From Alphaproteobacteria bacterium (GTDB lineage: Bacteria > Pseudomonadota > Alphaproteobacteria > MPNO01), in assembly GCA_965248835.1 (NCBI GenBank), contig CBDFLJ010000002.1:1600001-1664000 (forward strand): DNA of 64,000 nt, given 5' to 3'. Both the position numbers and the translations under genes were made by a program. The notes below the pieces were generated by a model. That model saw only the letters and a program-made list of their open reading frames with translations. It was not told the DNA's origin and ran no database searches. Positions 51,285 through 61,021 of the stretch are shown here, in pieces; the first letter of the stretch is position 1, and the number at the start of each line of letters is the position of its first letter.

Positions 51285-52478
51285 ATGGCAAGACGCAACA
51301 ACGGCGGCCGGATGCCGCCCTACGACCTGCCGGACAGCCATCTGGTCGACCGTGCGGCGCTGGCCGACGATGCGGTCTTCGCCGAGGAAAAGGAAAAGAT
51401 CCTCAACCGGGTGTGGCGGCTTGCCTGCCACGCGAGCGAGCTCCGCGAGCCATACGACTTCCGGGCCTTCGATCGGATCAGCCCGCCGCTGTTCATGATC
51501 CGCGGAGACGACGGCAAGATCCGATGTTTCGTCAACGTCTGCTCGCACAGGGGCGCCAAGCTGATCAACGAGCCCAGCGGCAACGGTGAGCACCTGGTGT
51601 GCTTCTTCCACCACTGGAGCTATGACAGCCGCGGCCGATGCATCAACATCCCCCGCAGCGAGGCCTACGCGGCCCACGGCCCGGACAAGGCCGACTGCGG
51701 GCTGCGCGAGGTCCGGTGCGAGACCTACAGGGGTCTGGTGTTCTTCAACCTCGATGACGGTGCCGAGCCGCTCGCCGATTGGCTGGGCGATGCGTTCGAG
51801 TCACTCGATGCCGCGCTCGACTGCGACCTGGAGGTCTTCCACTACTCGCGCGGCGTCCTGAAGGGCAACTGGAAGGACTGGCAGTCCTCCAACATGGATC
51901 CCTATCACGAGTTCATGCATGCAAGGCTGCGCCGGACCAACGTGATGACCGAGGCGGGCATGGCCGGCCGCAGCTTCCAGACCTATCCTAACGGCCACGC
52001 GCGGTTCGGCGGTATGGCCGCCGACTACTCCAGGCACGCATCAACGCGTGGGCGGGACGTGCCGGACTGCCTGCCCGGCGTCGATCCCAACGCCTTCCAG
52101 TCGGTGCCGCTGTTCCCCAACGGGCTCGTCGCCACGCGCGGAACCGTGATGCGGATCGACATCACCACCCCGCTCGGCCCTCTCGAGACCCTGGTCGAAT
52201 GGCGCGGGCTGTGCGTCAAGGGGCTCGACGAGGCGCAGATGATGGCGCGGATCGACCATCACAACGAGTTCTGGGGGCCCTACAGCGCCAACATGCCCGA
52301 AGACGCCTACGCCATGGAATCGCTGGGCCGCGGTTTCGGCGGCGGCGGCGCGCGCTATCAGATCATCGCCCGCGAGGAGGACATGCGGGGCCAGGACGAG
52401 GGGATCATGCGAGGCTTCTACGCCCAGTGGTCGAAGATGATGGGCCGTCCGGCGAGCGGCGATGCGCATCGGCGATGA
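51285..52478 (+). CDS. Rieske oxygenase alpha subunit, methanesulfonate monooxygenase MsmA-like
   Basis: LPDSHLV, VWRLACHASEL, CSH-X17-CFFH, GLREV, LEVFHY, YHEFMH, NGHA, EWRGL, HNEFWGP, AREE, WSKMMGR resemble the MsmA family (recalled). Confidence 0.75.
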   Translation: MARRNNGGRMPPYDLPDSHLVDRAALADDAVFAEEKEKILNRVWRLACHASELREPYDFRAFDRISPPLFMIRGDDGKIRCFVNVCSHRGAKLINEPSGNGEHLVCFFHHWSYDSRGRCINIPRSEAYAAHGPDKADCGLREVRCETYRGLVFFNLDDGAEPLADWLGDAFESLDAALDCDLEVFHYSRGVLKGNWKDWQSSNMDPYHEFMHARLRRTNVMTEAGMAGRSFQTYPNGHARFGGMAADYSRHASTRGRDVPDCLPGVDPNAFQSVPLFPNGLVATRGTVMRIDITTPLGPLETLVEWRGLCVKGLDEAQMMARIDHHNEFWGPYSANMPEDAYAMESLGRGFGGGGARYQIIAREEDMRGQDEGIMRGFYAQWSKMMGRPASGDAHRR

Positions 52479-52923
52479 CACCGTAAAGGCGCTGGTCTAC
52501 CGCTCCTGCCTGGCGCTCGATGCAGACGACTTCAAGGCCTATCTCGCGCTGTGCGCCCCGGAGATGCACTACCGCATCGTCTGCTACAGCCCGGAGATCA
52601 GGAAGGACGTCATCCTGATGAACCACGACCGGGCGGGCCTCGCGGCGCTGTTCGAGAGCCTGCCGGATCACATCGCGCTGCCCGGCAGACTGATGCGCCA
52701 CGCCTCGGTCTACGAGATCGAGCGCAAACGCAACGGGACCGGGGCCAAGGTCACGACCTCGCTGGTGGTCATCCAGACCGAGCCCGAAGGCCTGTCGCGG
52801 GTCTTCGCCGCCGGCCGCTACTTCGACTCCATCGACGTCACCCGCCCGGTGCCGATGCTCACCAGCCGCATTGTGCGGCTCGAGACCCGCGACATCGGCA
52901 TCGGCACCGAGGTGCCGTTCTGA
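52462..52923 (+). CDS. Rieske oxygenase beta subunit, MsmB-like
   Basis: LVYRSCLALD, YSPEIRKD, LPDH, RHASVY, GRYFD, VRLETRDIGIG; overlaps the alpha subunit gene. Confidence 0.75.
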   Translation: MRIGDDTVKALVYRSCLALDADDFKAYLALCAPEMHYRIVCYSPEIRKDVILMNHDRAGLAALFESLPDHIALPGRLMRHASVYEIERKRNGTGAKVTTSLVVIQTEPEGLSRVFAAGRYFDSIDVTRPVPMLTSRIVRLETRDIGIGTEVPF

Positions 52924-52947
52924 CGCCCGCTCCCAACGCGATCGGAG

Positions 52948-53220
52948 TCAGTCGTAGATGACGTCATCAAGGAAGGGATCGCCCGGCAAGGCGGTCTCGG
53001 TATCCAGCAGCGCACCGCAGCCCGGACAGGAGAAACGGCGCAGGAGCACGTTTTCCCCGCCGCCGCTATAGGGGACGCCCGCCACGCCGCGCATCGGCGA
53101 TTCGACCAGCGCCGCCTGCTGCTTCCACGGCTTGCCGCTGGGACCGAGCGCGCGGGCGCATTTGCGGCAGCGGATCCGTCCGGCTTCGATCTCCAGTGTC
53201 GCGGACAGCCGGCGGCTCAT
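52948..53220 (-). CDS. Acetone carboxylase gamma-subunit-like Zn-ribbon protein
   Basis: 90 aa; CRKC..WK..RRFSCPGCGALLDTE..PGDPFLDD; 4-nt overlap with the B subunit gene. Confidence 0.75.
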   Translation of the reverse strand: MSRRLSATLEIEAGRIRCRKCARALGPSGKPWKQQAALVESPMRGVAGVPYSGGGENVLLRRFSCPGCGALLDTETALPGDPFLDDVIYD

Positions 53221-55052
53221 TCGGCGGCCTCCGCAGCGATGCGCAGGGCAGTGAGCGCCGCGCGGCGGACCTCGGTCGCCGATGCATCGACGGCGGCCAG
53301 CGCCTTGTCGATCACCACGCCGTACACCTCGCCCGCCGCATGCCGCGAAACCACGCCCTGGCGGCAGTCCGCGAGCACCGCCTGCGGTTCGCGATCCAGC
53401 GGGTCGCCGTAGCCGCCGCCGCCATTCCAGCGGACCTGCAGCACGTCCTCGCCCATCAGCGGATAGACGCCCCAGGTCACCTGTTTCTGTTCGCCGGGCA
53501 AGGAATCGATCGACTGGGCAAACGCGGTATCGACGTTACGCATGCCGGCATCGGCCTCGTTGTTCTGCACCCAGACATAGCTGTTGGGCGCGCCGGGATA
53601 ACCGCCGGCGATCCCGTCGCTCATCGGGAAATCGGTGCCCTTGCCGGAGATGACGTAGTGCATCCCGCCGTCGGGGGCATCATGCGGGGTCAGTCCGATT
53701 TCCATGCCGGTGCCGCCGCGGTAGCGGCCCGGCCCGCCGGAATCGGTCACCCGCCGGCGGAACAGGTAGCGCAGCGGGAAAATCGTCTCAAGGGTCTCGA
53801 CATTGGCCATGCGCGAGATCGGGTTGGGGATCTCGCCGCCGACATCGATCCCGTCGGCGAAGGCGCGTGCCCCGCCGGCGCCGGCGAAGGTCTCGGTCAG
53901 GATGCCGATCGCCTCCCCGCCACGCTGGTTGCGTCCGAACATGAAGACCGCGAAGTGGTTGGCGTGCCAGACCGCGGTCGCCTCGTCACGGTACTTGTCG
54001 GAAGCATCGAGCATCTTGCCGATCGCAGCACACGCGGCGTTGTTGACCGACTGGATCGCGCCGACCGTGGCGACCGAGACCGGCGCCGGCCTCGTGCAGT
54101 TCACGATCGTGCCCTCGGGCGCGATCATGACGATCGGCCGCACGACGCCTTCGTTCCAGGTGATGTCGTAGCACAGCAACGGGAACAGCGGCGCGAACAG
54201 CCCGCCGAGCGAGGCCCACTTGGTGCAGTTGATCGCATACGGCGCCTGCGGGCTCGATCCGGTGAAGTCGAAGGTGAGCTGGTCGTCCTCCTTGGTCATC
54301 TTCAGGACCACGCGGAAGACCTCACCCTTGACATCGATATACTGGCGCGACTGCCAGGTGCCGTTGGGCAGCTCGCGCAACCGGTCGCGCAGCAGTTGCT
54401 CGGACTGATCGATCAGCGTCCTGCACGCCTCGTCGACCGTCTCGTAGCCGTATTTTTCGATCAGCGCCAGCATGCGCTCGCGCGCGACATTGTTACACGC
54501 GACCATCGAGGACATGTCGAGCGCCACCATCTCGGGCGAGCGCACCATGTTGAGGAACGTGTCCATCACGTCCTGGTTCATGACGCCCTTGGTGATGATC
54601 CTGATGCCGGGGGACGAGAAGCCCTCGGTGTAGATGTCTGGCGCATCAGGGCAGAACCCGCCGGGGTTGGTGGCCCCGATGTCGTAGATGTGGACGAAGC
54701 AGGCGCTCCACGCAACGAGCGCGCCGTGGTGATGGATCGGTGCGACGAGATAGATGTCCGAGGTGTGCAGCGCCGCCGTATAGGGATCGTTCAGGAGAAA
54801 GACATCGCCTTCGTTGATATCCTCGCCGAACCGCCGGATCGTCGCCTGGCACGCCTCCGCCGCGCTGGTCAGGTGGTGCAGGAAGCCAACGCCTCCCATC
54901 AACAGCGCGCCGTCGGCGCGGTAGAGCGAGACCATAAGGTCATGGCCCTCGTTGGTGATCGCGCTGCCGGAAACGTGTTTCAGCGTGATCACCGCCTCGT
55001 CGACGACGCGGTAGAGGCGGTGGCGGATGATCGAGAACGTAATCGGATCCAT
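53217..55052 (-). CDS. Hydantoinase B/oxoprolinase-family subunit (system 2; acetone carboxylase alpha-like)
   Basis: MDPITFSII, SGS..EGHD, NDPY..HTSD, HIYDIG, DFTGSSPQ, DSGGPGRYRGG, GGGGYGDPLDR. Confidence 0.9.
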   Translation of the reverse strand: MDPITFSIIRHRLYRVVDEAVITLKHVSGSAITNEGHDLMVSLYRADGALLMGGVGFLHHLTSAAEACQATIRRFGEDINEGDVFLLNDPYTAALHTSDIYLVAPIHHHGALVAWSACFVHIYDIGATNPGGFCPDAPDIYTEGFSSPGIRIITKGVMNQDVMDTFLNMVRSPEMVALDMSSMVACNNVARERMLALIEKYGYETVDEACRTLIDQSEQLLRDRLRELPNGTWQSRQYIDVKGEVFRVVLKMTKEDDQLTFDFTGSSPQAPYAINCTKWASLGGLFAPLFPLLCYDITWNEGVVRPIVMIAPEGTIVNCTRPAPVSVATVGAIQSVNNAACAAIGKMLDASDKYRDEATAVWHANHFAVFMFGRNQRGGEAIGILTETFAGAGGARAFADGIDVGGEIPNPISRMANVETLETIFPLRYLFRRRVTDSGGPGRYRGGTGMEIGLTPHDAPDGGMHYVISGKGTDFPMSDGIAGGYPGAPNSYVWVQNNEADAGMRNVDTAFAQSIDSLPGEQKQVTWGVYPLMGEDVLQVRWNGGGGYGDPLDREPQAVLADCRQGVVSRHAAGEVYGVVIDKALAAVDASATEVRRAALTALRIAAEAAE

Positions 55053-55063
55053 CGCGATGCTCC

Positions 55064-57190
55064 TCAGTCGAACTCGATGACGATGTTGCGGTATTCGTCC
55101 ATGCGGCCGGTCTGGGCGGCCTGGACGACGATGGTGGTGATCGGCGTGTGAATGACCGCCGGGCCGTTGATGAGATTGCCGGGCGCAAGCTTCTCGAAAT
55201 CGTAGATGGCGGCAGGCGCCAGGCCGTCGGCGGCATCAACGAAGACCTCGCGGGTCCCCAGGCTCGCAGCACCCGGATCGGCGCCGCCGAGCGGCTCGGC
55301 CGGGATTTCCGGACTGATCGTCGGCCCGCGCGCGGACAGCCGGAACATGGTCATCTCGATCCCGGCACCGCGGTAGGCCGATCCCTTGCCGTATTTGCGC
55401 TCGTACAACGCCTCGAAGTCGTCGACCAGGGCGGCGAACCCCGCCTCGTCGAGCGGGGTCGCCGCGCGCACGGGGGTCGTGACCTCGTGCACCTGGCGGC
55501 CGTAGCGCATGTCGACCGACCATTCCAGCCCAATGTCGGCGGCGGCGAAGCCCTCCTCGCCGAGCTGGGCGCGAGCGCGGGCGATCATCGGCTCGAACAG
55601 CGCGTTGATCTCGTCCGCCGGCGTCGGTACCGGCCTCGTGGTGGTGTGCGCGTATTCATGGACGATATCGGCCGAGACCAGGCCGAAGGCGCAGTTGACG
55701 GCGGCCGTATAGGGCACGATGACCCGCTTGACGTTGAGCTCGCGGCCGAACACCCCGGCTAGCAGGGCGCACGAGCCGCCGAAGGCGTGCAGCACGAAGT
55801 CGCGCGGATCGAGGCCGCGCTCCACGGTGATCCCGTGGATCAGATCGGTGATCTGGGCCGCCGCCACGCGGTAGATGCCGAATGCGGCCTGCTCGACACC
55901 CATGCCCATGGGATCGGCGATCTTCTCCTTGAAGACCCTGCGCGCAGCCTCGATGTCCAGCGTCATCGTGCCGCCGAGGAAGATCGTCGGATCCATGTAG
56001 CCGATCAGCGTCATCACATCCGTCAAGGTCGGCTCGTTTCCGCCGAGCCCGTAGCACACCGGCCCCGGCCGCGCGCCGGCGCTCTGCGGGCCGACGCGGG
56101 GGACGTTGGTGCGCGGCTCGAGCGAGATGATCGAGCCGCCCGCCGCGCCGATCGAGACGACCTCGATCTTGGGCGCGACATAGTGGTAACGGTCGACCAT
56201 CGGCTCGCGGGCGAACTCGAGTTCGCCGTCCTGGATCACGCCCACCTTGAAGGTCGTGCCCCCCATGTCGGCGGCGATCACGTCGGCATCGCCCATCATG
56301 TCGCCCAGGAACTTGGCGCCGATGACGCCCGCCGCCGGACCGCACTCGATCATGCCGACCGCACGGATCGCCGCATCGGCGGCCGGCAGCAGCCCGCCAT
56401 AGCCCTGCATAACCAGCAGCGGGCCGCCATAGCCCTCCTCGGCAAGGAGCGCTTGCAGGTTGGTGACGTAATCGCGCGCGATACGCCCGGCATAGGCGTT
56501 GATCACCGTGGTCGAGGTGCGCTCGTATTCGCCCGGCACCGGGGCGATGTCGCTGGACAGGGTCACATAGCAAGCGGGCGCGAGACGGCCGACGATGTCG
56601 CGGACCCGCTTCTCGTGGGCATCGTTGTAGAACGACCACAACAGGCACACCGCAAGCGCCTCGACGCCCTTGGTCTCGACCAGATAGCGGACCGCGGCCT
56701 CGACCGCGGCCTCGTCGAGCTCGCGGATGATTGCGCCCTTGTAGTCGACCCGCTCGGGGATGCCCCGGATGCGCTCGGCCGGGACCAGCGCCGGCGCGCG
56801 GTCGGTCTTGACCGGATGCTTGAGCCCTTCCTCGGCGAGCCCGGCCCAACGGCCGTAGGCGCCGCGGGTGACCAGCAGCGTGTCCTCGAACCCTTCGGTG
56901 GTGATCAGCCCGGTCGGCGCGCCTGAACGGGTCAAGATCGTGTTGTCGACCACCGTGGAGCCGTGCGTGAACAGGCTGGTCCGGGCCAGCAGGTCCTTCA
57001 GGCCGACCCCCATCGCGCCGGCGGCCGAGCGAATCGAATCGAGCACACCGTCGGCGAAGTTGGGCGGCGTCGACAGCGCCTTGCCGAGATGGATCGGCTC
57101 GCCCACCGAAAACACCACCGTGTCGGTGCAGGTCCCGCCCACATCGGTCGCGATCACATAGCTCTTTCCGTCCGCGCCGCTGCCCGCCAT
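55064..57190 (-). CDS. Hydantoinase A/oxoprolinase-family ATP-binding subunit (system 2; acetone carboxylase beta-like)
   Basis: [51 protein letters not shown]. Confidence 0.92.
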   Translation of the reverse strand: MAGSGADGKSYVIATDVGGTCTDTVVFSVGEPIHLGKALSTPPNFADGVLDSIRSAAGAMGVGLKDLLARTSLFTHGSTVVDNTILTRSGAPTGLITTEGFEDTLLVTRGAYGRWAGLAEEGLKHPVKTDRAPALVPAERIRGIPERVDYKGAIIRELDEAAVEAAVRYLVETKGVEALAVCLLWSFYNDAHEKRVRDIVGRLAPACYVTLSSDIAPVPGEYERTSTTVINAYAGRIARDYVTNLQALLAEEGYGGPLLVMQGYGGLLPAADAAIRAVGMIECGPAAGVIGAKFLGDMMGDADVIAADMGGTTFKVGVIQDGELEFAREPMVDRYHYVAPKIEVVSIGAAGGSIISLEPRTNVPRVGPQSAGARPGPVCYGLGGNEPTLTDVMTLIGYMDPTIFLGGTMTLDIEAARRVFKEKIADPMGMGVEQAAFGIYRVAAAQITDLIHGITVERGLDPRDFVLHAFGGSCALLAGVFGRELNVKRVIVPYTAAVNCAFGLVSADIVHEYAHTTTRPVPTPADEINALFEPMIARARAQLGEEGFAAADIGLEWSVDMRYGRQVHEVTTPVRAATPLDEAGFAALVDDFEALYERKYGKGSAYRGAGIEMTMFRLSARGPTISPEIPAEPLGGADPGAASLGTREVFVDAADGLAPAAIYDFEKLAPGNLINGPAVIHTPITTIVVQAAQTGRMDEYRNIVIEFD

Positions 57191-57220
57191 ACCCGACTTC
57201 CACCCCTTTGTCGCACCGCG

Positions 57221-57252
57221 ACAGGATGGGCGGGCGCGGTTTTCGGGTCAAG
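57221..57252 (-). promoter_or_regulatory. Promoter-like motif CTTGACCC-N14-CCCATCCTGT (copy 2), next to the inverted repeat TGTCGC-N3-GCGACA (57209-57223)
   Basis: Read directly from the sequence; about 30 nt upstream of ATG 57190. Confidence 0.55.
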
Positions 57253-57299
57253 GCGAGGCGGCGGCTCGGCGGGCGTCCAAGCGCCGGGCCGCAACATCG

Positions 57300-57328
57300 C
57301 TTGGCCTGCCGCGGGTTGCGTCCTATAT
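57300..57328 (+). promoter_or_regulatory. Putative promoter for mnmA
   Basis: CTTGGC-N16-CCTATAT resembles the alphaproteobacterial CTTG..CTATAT promoter consensus. Confidence 0.45.
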
Positions 57329-57380
57329 CGTCACCTCCGGGCCTCGCGGCCAATCACGAGTTCCTGAAACGAGCGTAGGC

Positions 57381-58565
57381 ATGATCGATCTGGGGATCGC
57401 CAAGCCTCGTACGGCTACGCGGGTCGTCGTCGCGATGTCGGGCGGGGTCGACAGCGCGGTGACAGCAGCGCTCGTGGCCGAGGCGGGCTACGAGGTCGTC
57501 GGTGTGACCATGCGGCTCTACGACCAAGACGGTCCCGCACGCCGGGCCGGCGCATGCTGTGCCGGCCAGGATATCCATGACGCGCGCCTGGTGGCCCAGG
57601 CGATCGGCATCCCCCACTACGTGCTCGACTACCAGCAGCGGTTCCGCACCTCGGTGATCGAGGCCTTCGCCGATGCCTACGCGCGCGGCGAGACGCCGGT
57701 GCCCTGCATCACCTGCAACCGGACGGTCAAGTTCGCGGACCTTTTGGGCCTCGCCCGCGATCTCGGCGCGGATGCGCTGGCGACGGGGCACTATGCCCGC
57801 AGGATCGAGGGCGCGGAGGGGCCGGAGCTCCACCGCGCCTGCGACCTCGCACGCGACCAGAGCTATTTTCTCTACGCGACCACGCCGGACCAGCTCGATT
57901 TCCTGCGCTTTCCGCTCGGCGGAATGACCAAGGAGGCCGTGCGCGCCGAAGCCGGCCGGCGCGGGTTGCCGATCGCGGCGAAGCCGGACAGCCAGGATAT
58001 CTGCTTCGTTCCCGATGGGCGCTATGCGCGCGTCGTCGAGCGGCTGCGCCCCGAGGCCGCTTCACCCGGCGAGATCGTCGACGAGGCCGGCCGCGTGCTC
58101 GGCCGCCACGCCGGCGTCATACACTATACCGTCGGCCAGCGCCGGGGCCTTGGGATCGGCGGAACTGCCGAGCCGCTGTTCGTCCTGGCGCTCGATCCCG
58201 CCGCGCGGCGCGTCGTGGTCGGCCCACGCGACAGCCTGGCGCAGACGACGATCCGGCTCGCCGGCCTCAACTGGCTCGCCGCGCCTTTGATCCCCGGCGA
58301 GCCGCGCGTGGTGACGACAAAAGTCCGCTCGATGCGGCCGCCCGCCCCGGCCCGTGTGGTCGCGGCCCACGACGGCACCGCGCTGGTGACGCTGGAGACC
58401 CCCGAGCACGGCGTCGCGCCGGGCCAGGCATGCGTGATCTACGACGGCGAGCGCGTGCTCGGCGGCGGCCCGATCGGCCGTCAGCCGGCCCCGCGGCAGA
58501 CCGCGGAATTCCTCTTGCCAGCCGCCGCACCCATTGGGTATCAAGCGGCATCCGTGGCGGAGTAG
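57381..58565 (+). CDS. mnmA: tRNA-specific 2-thiouridylase
   Basis: [49 protein letters not shown]. Confidence 0.96.
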   Translation: MIDLGIAKPRTATRVVVAMSGGVDSAVTAALVAEAGYEVVGVTMRLYDQDGPARRAGACCAGQDIHDARLVAQAIGIPHYVLDYQQRFRTSVIEAFADAYARGETPVPCITCNRTVKFADLLGLARDLGADALATGHYARRIEGAEGPELHRACDLARDQSYFLYATTPDQLDFLRFPLGGMTKEAVRAEAGRRGLPIAAKPDSQDICFVPDGRYARVVERLRPEAASPGEIVDEAGRVLGRHAGVIHYTVGQRRGLGIGGTAEPLFVLALDPAARRVVVGPRDSLAQTTIRLAGLNWLAAPLIPGEPRVVTTKVRSMRPPAPARVVAAHDGTALVTLETPEHGVAPGQACVIYDGERVLGGGPIGRQPAPRQTAEFLLPAAAPIGYQAASVAE

Positions 58566-58631
58566 CTCAGTTGGTAGAGCAACGGAATCATAATCCGTGG
58601 GTCGCTGGTTCGAGTCCGGCCTCCGCTACCA
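58556..58631 (+). tRNA. tRNA-Met (CAT), probably elongator
   Basis: 76 nt GGCGGAG..CTCCGCT-A-CCA; D arm AGCTCAGTTGGTAGAGC; anticodon arm ACGGA-ATCATAA-TCCGT; T loop GGTTCGAGTCC; CCA is encoded. Confidence 0.95.
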
Positions 58632-58743
58632 GATCTTTCGCGGGGCCGGCGGGAAGCTGGAGCGCGTTCCGATCGGGTCGGGCCGGTCCAACCCCTGATC
58701 CGGATCGATGCCCATGGGCACGATCACCGCCGAAGGAGGTCCG

Positions 58744-59178
58744 ATGAAGGTCCAGCGGGATGCGCCGATCTTCCTGGCGCTGGTCGTCGAAGATCTCGAC
58801 CGGTCGGTCCGGTTCTATCAGGACATCCTCGGGATGGAGGAGATCAAGCGCGTCGTCGTTTCCGACGAAAAGGCGGTGCGCGGCGGGTTCTCCGCCAAGG
58901 GGTTTCGCTTCCGGACGTTTCGCACCGGCCCGCTCGCGCTCAAGCTGGTCGAGGTCAATGGCGACCCCGCCCCAACGCAGGGGCTGGTCGACAGCCACCG
59001 CGGGGTGCGCTACATCGCCTTCGCCGTCGACGATATCGACGCGGTCCACAAGCAGCTCAGCGACGCCGGCGTGGCGTTCACCTCGGAGATCCTGCCGCCG
59101 GAACCCGACCAGGGCGTCGGCCGGCTGGTGTTCTTCCACGACCCCGACGGCAACCTGCTCGAGCTCTACGGCGATTGA
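58744..59178 (+). CDS. VOC/glyoxalase-family protein
   Basis: LVVEDLDRSVRFYQDILG, YIAFAVDD, FHDPDGNLLEL; GGAGG RBS. Confidence 0.87.
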   Translation: MKVQRDAPIFLALVVEDLDRSVRFYQDILGMEEIKRVVVSDEKAVRGGFSAKGFRFRTFRTGPLALKLVEVNGDPAPTQGLVDSHRGVRYIAFAVDDIDAVHKQLSDAGVAFTSEILPPEPDQGVGRLVFFHDPDGNLLELYGD

Positions 59179-59233
59179 GGACCGGCCTGCCCCGGAGCCA
59201 AAGCGGGCCGATCCGGCCCGTCGGGAACATGCG

Positions 59234-59635
59234 CTAATCGAGCACGGCGATGGCGTCCACCTCGACCAGCCAGTCGTCATCGGCCAAGCCCGCGACGACC
59301 ACCAGCGTCGAGGCCGGCCGGTTGGTCATCAGCCCGTCGTCCATGATCTGCTTTCGCCCGCCGCGCACGCCGGCGAGGTTCTCCTTGCCGACGACGTAGG
59401 TGGTGATCTTGACGATGTTGTCCAGCGTGCCCCCGACCTCCTTGAGCGTCGCATCGATGTTGAGGAAGGCCTGGCGGACCTGCGCGGCGGCATCGCCCTT
59501 GCCGACCGTGTTGCCGTCGCTGTCGATGCCGACCTGGCCGGCCAGATAGACCGTCTTGTCAGCCTGGGCGACCCAGGAGAAATTGCCCGGCGGCGCACAG
59601 ACGCTTTCGGGGTTCATGTAGCGGCGCTCGGCCAT
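59234..59635 (-). CDS. RidA/YjgF-family protein
   Basis: YLAGQVG, QVRQAFLN, IVKITTY, PASTLVVV, LVEVDAIA. Confidence 0.9.
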   Translation of the reverse strand: MAERRYMNPESVCAPPGNFSWVAQADKTVYLAGQVGIDSDGNTVGKGDAAAQVRQAFLNIDATLKEVGGTLDNIVKITTYVVGKENLAGVRGGRKQIMDDGLMTNRPASTLVVVAGLADDDWLVEVDAIAVLD

Positions 59636-59752
59636 GATCGTGCTCCCGTTCCCTCGGGTCCTGGCTGCCATGATAAGAGCACAGCGGGCGGACGACCGCA
59701 AAGCCGCAAGCTGATATGATCGGCCCGCGATCGATCGGGATGGGAGCCGGGG

Positions 59753-61021
59753 ATGACCGGGCGGGCGCGCTTCCTGCGCGGTGAATACGCGGGCTATCAG
59801 GGCGCGCTGGGCAAGCTCGCCGAGGACAAGGAGCTGACCCGGGTCGGCCCCGGCACACCGGGCGGCGAATATCTGCGCCGGTTCTGGCACCCGGTCGCCT
59901 TCACCGCCGATCTTGCCGACGTGCCGGTCCGGGTGCGATTCCTGGGCGAGGATCTGGCGCTGTTCAAGGACAGGTCCGGCCGCATCGGTCTATTGGCGCT
60001 GAACTGCAGCCACCGCGGGACCTCGCTCGAGTTCGGCATCATCCAGGACCGCGGCATCATGTGCTGCTACCACGGCTGGGTGTTCGACGTGAACGGCAGG
60101 ATCCTGGCCACCCCGGGCGAGCCGGCCGACAGCACGCTCAAGGACCGGCTGTGGCACGGCGCCTATCCGGTGCACGCGTTCAAGGGTCTGATCTTCGCCT
60201 ATATGGGACCGCCCGAGCACCGCCCGCCGTTCCCGGTCTACGACTCCTTCGAACTCGCCGACTACCGTCTCGAGCCGTGGGGCGGCAATGTTCTGCCGTG
60301 CAACTGGATCCAGGTGAAGGAGAACGCCATGGACCCGGTGCACACATCGTTTCTGCACAGCATCAACTTCACCGAGTCCTTCGGGGTGATCCCGGACCTC
60401 GATTTCTGCGATACCCCGTTGGGGATGATGTATGTCGGCGTGCGCCGGATCGCCGACAATGTCTGGGTGCGCTCGACCGAGATGATCATGCCCAACCTGC
60501 ATCAGCTCGCGCCCACGTTCGAGACCGGCGAGGCGCCCAAGACCTTCTCGCGGCCGATGCAGTCGATCTGGGCGGTGCCGCTCGATGACACCCACACCAT
60601 GAACATCGGCTTCAACCACTACGATGAGCTCAACCCGCCGGACATGGACAAGTACTACACCGGCACCGATTTCGGCCAGATGCCCGACCGCCCCTACGAG
60701 GAGCGCCAGCGCCTGCCCGGCGATTACGACGCCCAGGTCAGCATCGGACCGGTAGCGGTCCACGCGCGCGAGCATCTGGGCGCGACCGACCGCGGCGTCA
60801 GCCAGTTCCGCCGCCTGGTGCGTCAGGGCATCCGCGATACCGCGGCAGGCAAGGACCCGGTGCCCGCCGCCCAGCGCAGCAAAGGACCGATCCGCAGCTA
60901 CGCCCACGACACGATCCGCCGCGCGCCGCCGGAAAGCGACGACGACGCCGATGCCGCGTTGCTCCGCCGGATCGGCAACGAGGTGACCGAAGACGTGCTG
61001 GCGGGCAAGCACCCGCGTTAG
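59753..61021 (+). CDS. Rieske oxygenase, phthalate 4,5-dioxygenase/LigXa/CbaA-like
   Basis: LTRVGPGTPGGEYLRRFWHP, CSHR..CCYHGW, CNWIQ..ENAMDPVHTSFLH, WAVPLDD, EHLGATDRG; extended -10 TGATATGAT upstream. Confidence 0.88.
   Translation: MTGRARFLRGEYAGYQGALGKLAEDKELTRVGPGTPGGEYLRRFWHPVAFTADLADVPVRVRFLGEDLALFKDRSGRIGLLALNCSHRGTSLEFGIIQDRGIMCCYHGWVFDVNGRILATPGEPADSTLKDRLWHGAYPVHAFKGLIFAYMGPPEHRPPFPVYDSFELADYRLEPWGGNVLPCNWIQVKENAMDPVHTSFLHSINFTESFGVIPDLDFCDTPLGMMYVGVRRIADNVWVRSTEMIMPNLHQLAPTFETGEAPKTFSRPMQSIWAVPLDDTHTMNIGFNHYDELNPPDMDKYYTGTDFGQMPDRPYEERQRLPGDYDAQVSIGPVAVHAREHLGATDRGVSQFRRLVRQGIRDTAAGKDPVPAAQRSKGPIRSYAHDTIRRAPPESDDDADAALLRRIGNEVTEDVLAGKHPR

Noticed and set aside
58556-58631. tRNA as initiator fMet or lysidine tRNA-Ile2
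   Set aside because: It lacks the C1:A72 mismatch and the GGG/CCC anticodon stem of fMet. The sequence best resembles alphaproteobacterial elongator Met, though Ile2 cannot be fully excluded without a classifier.
58556-59178. tRNA-Met as an integration site for a genomic island
   Set aside because: No integrase, no duplicated tRNA 3' end noticed and no visible compositional shift downstream.
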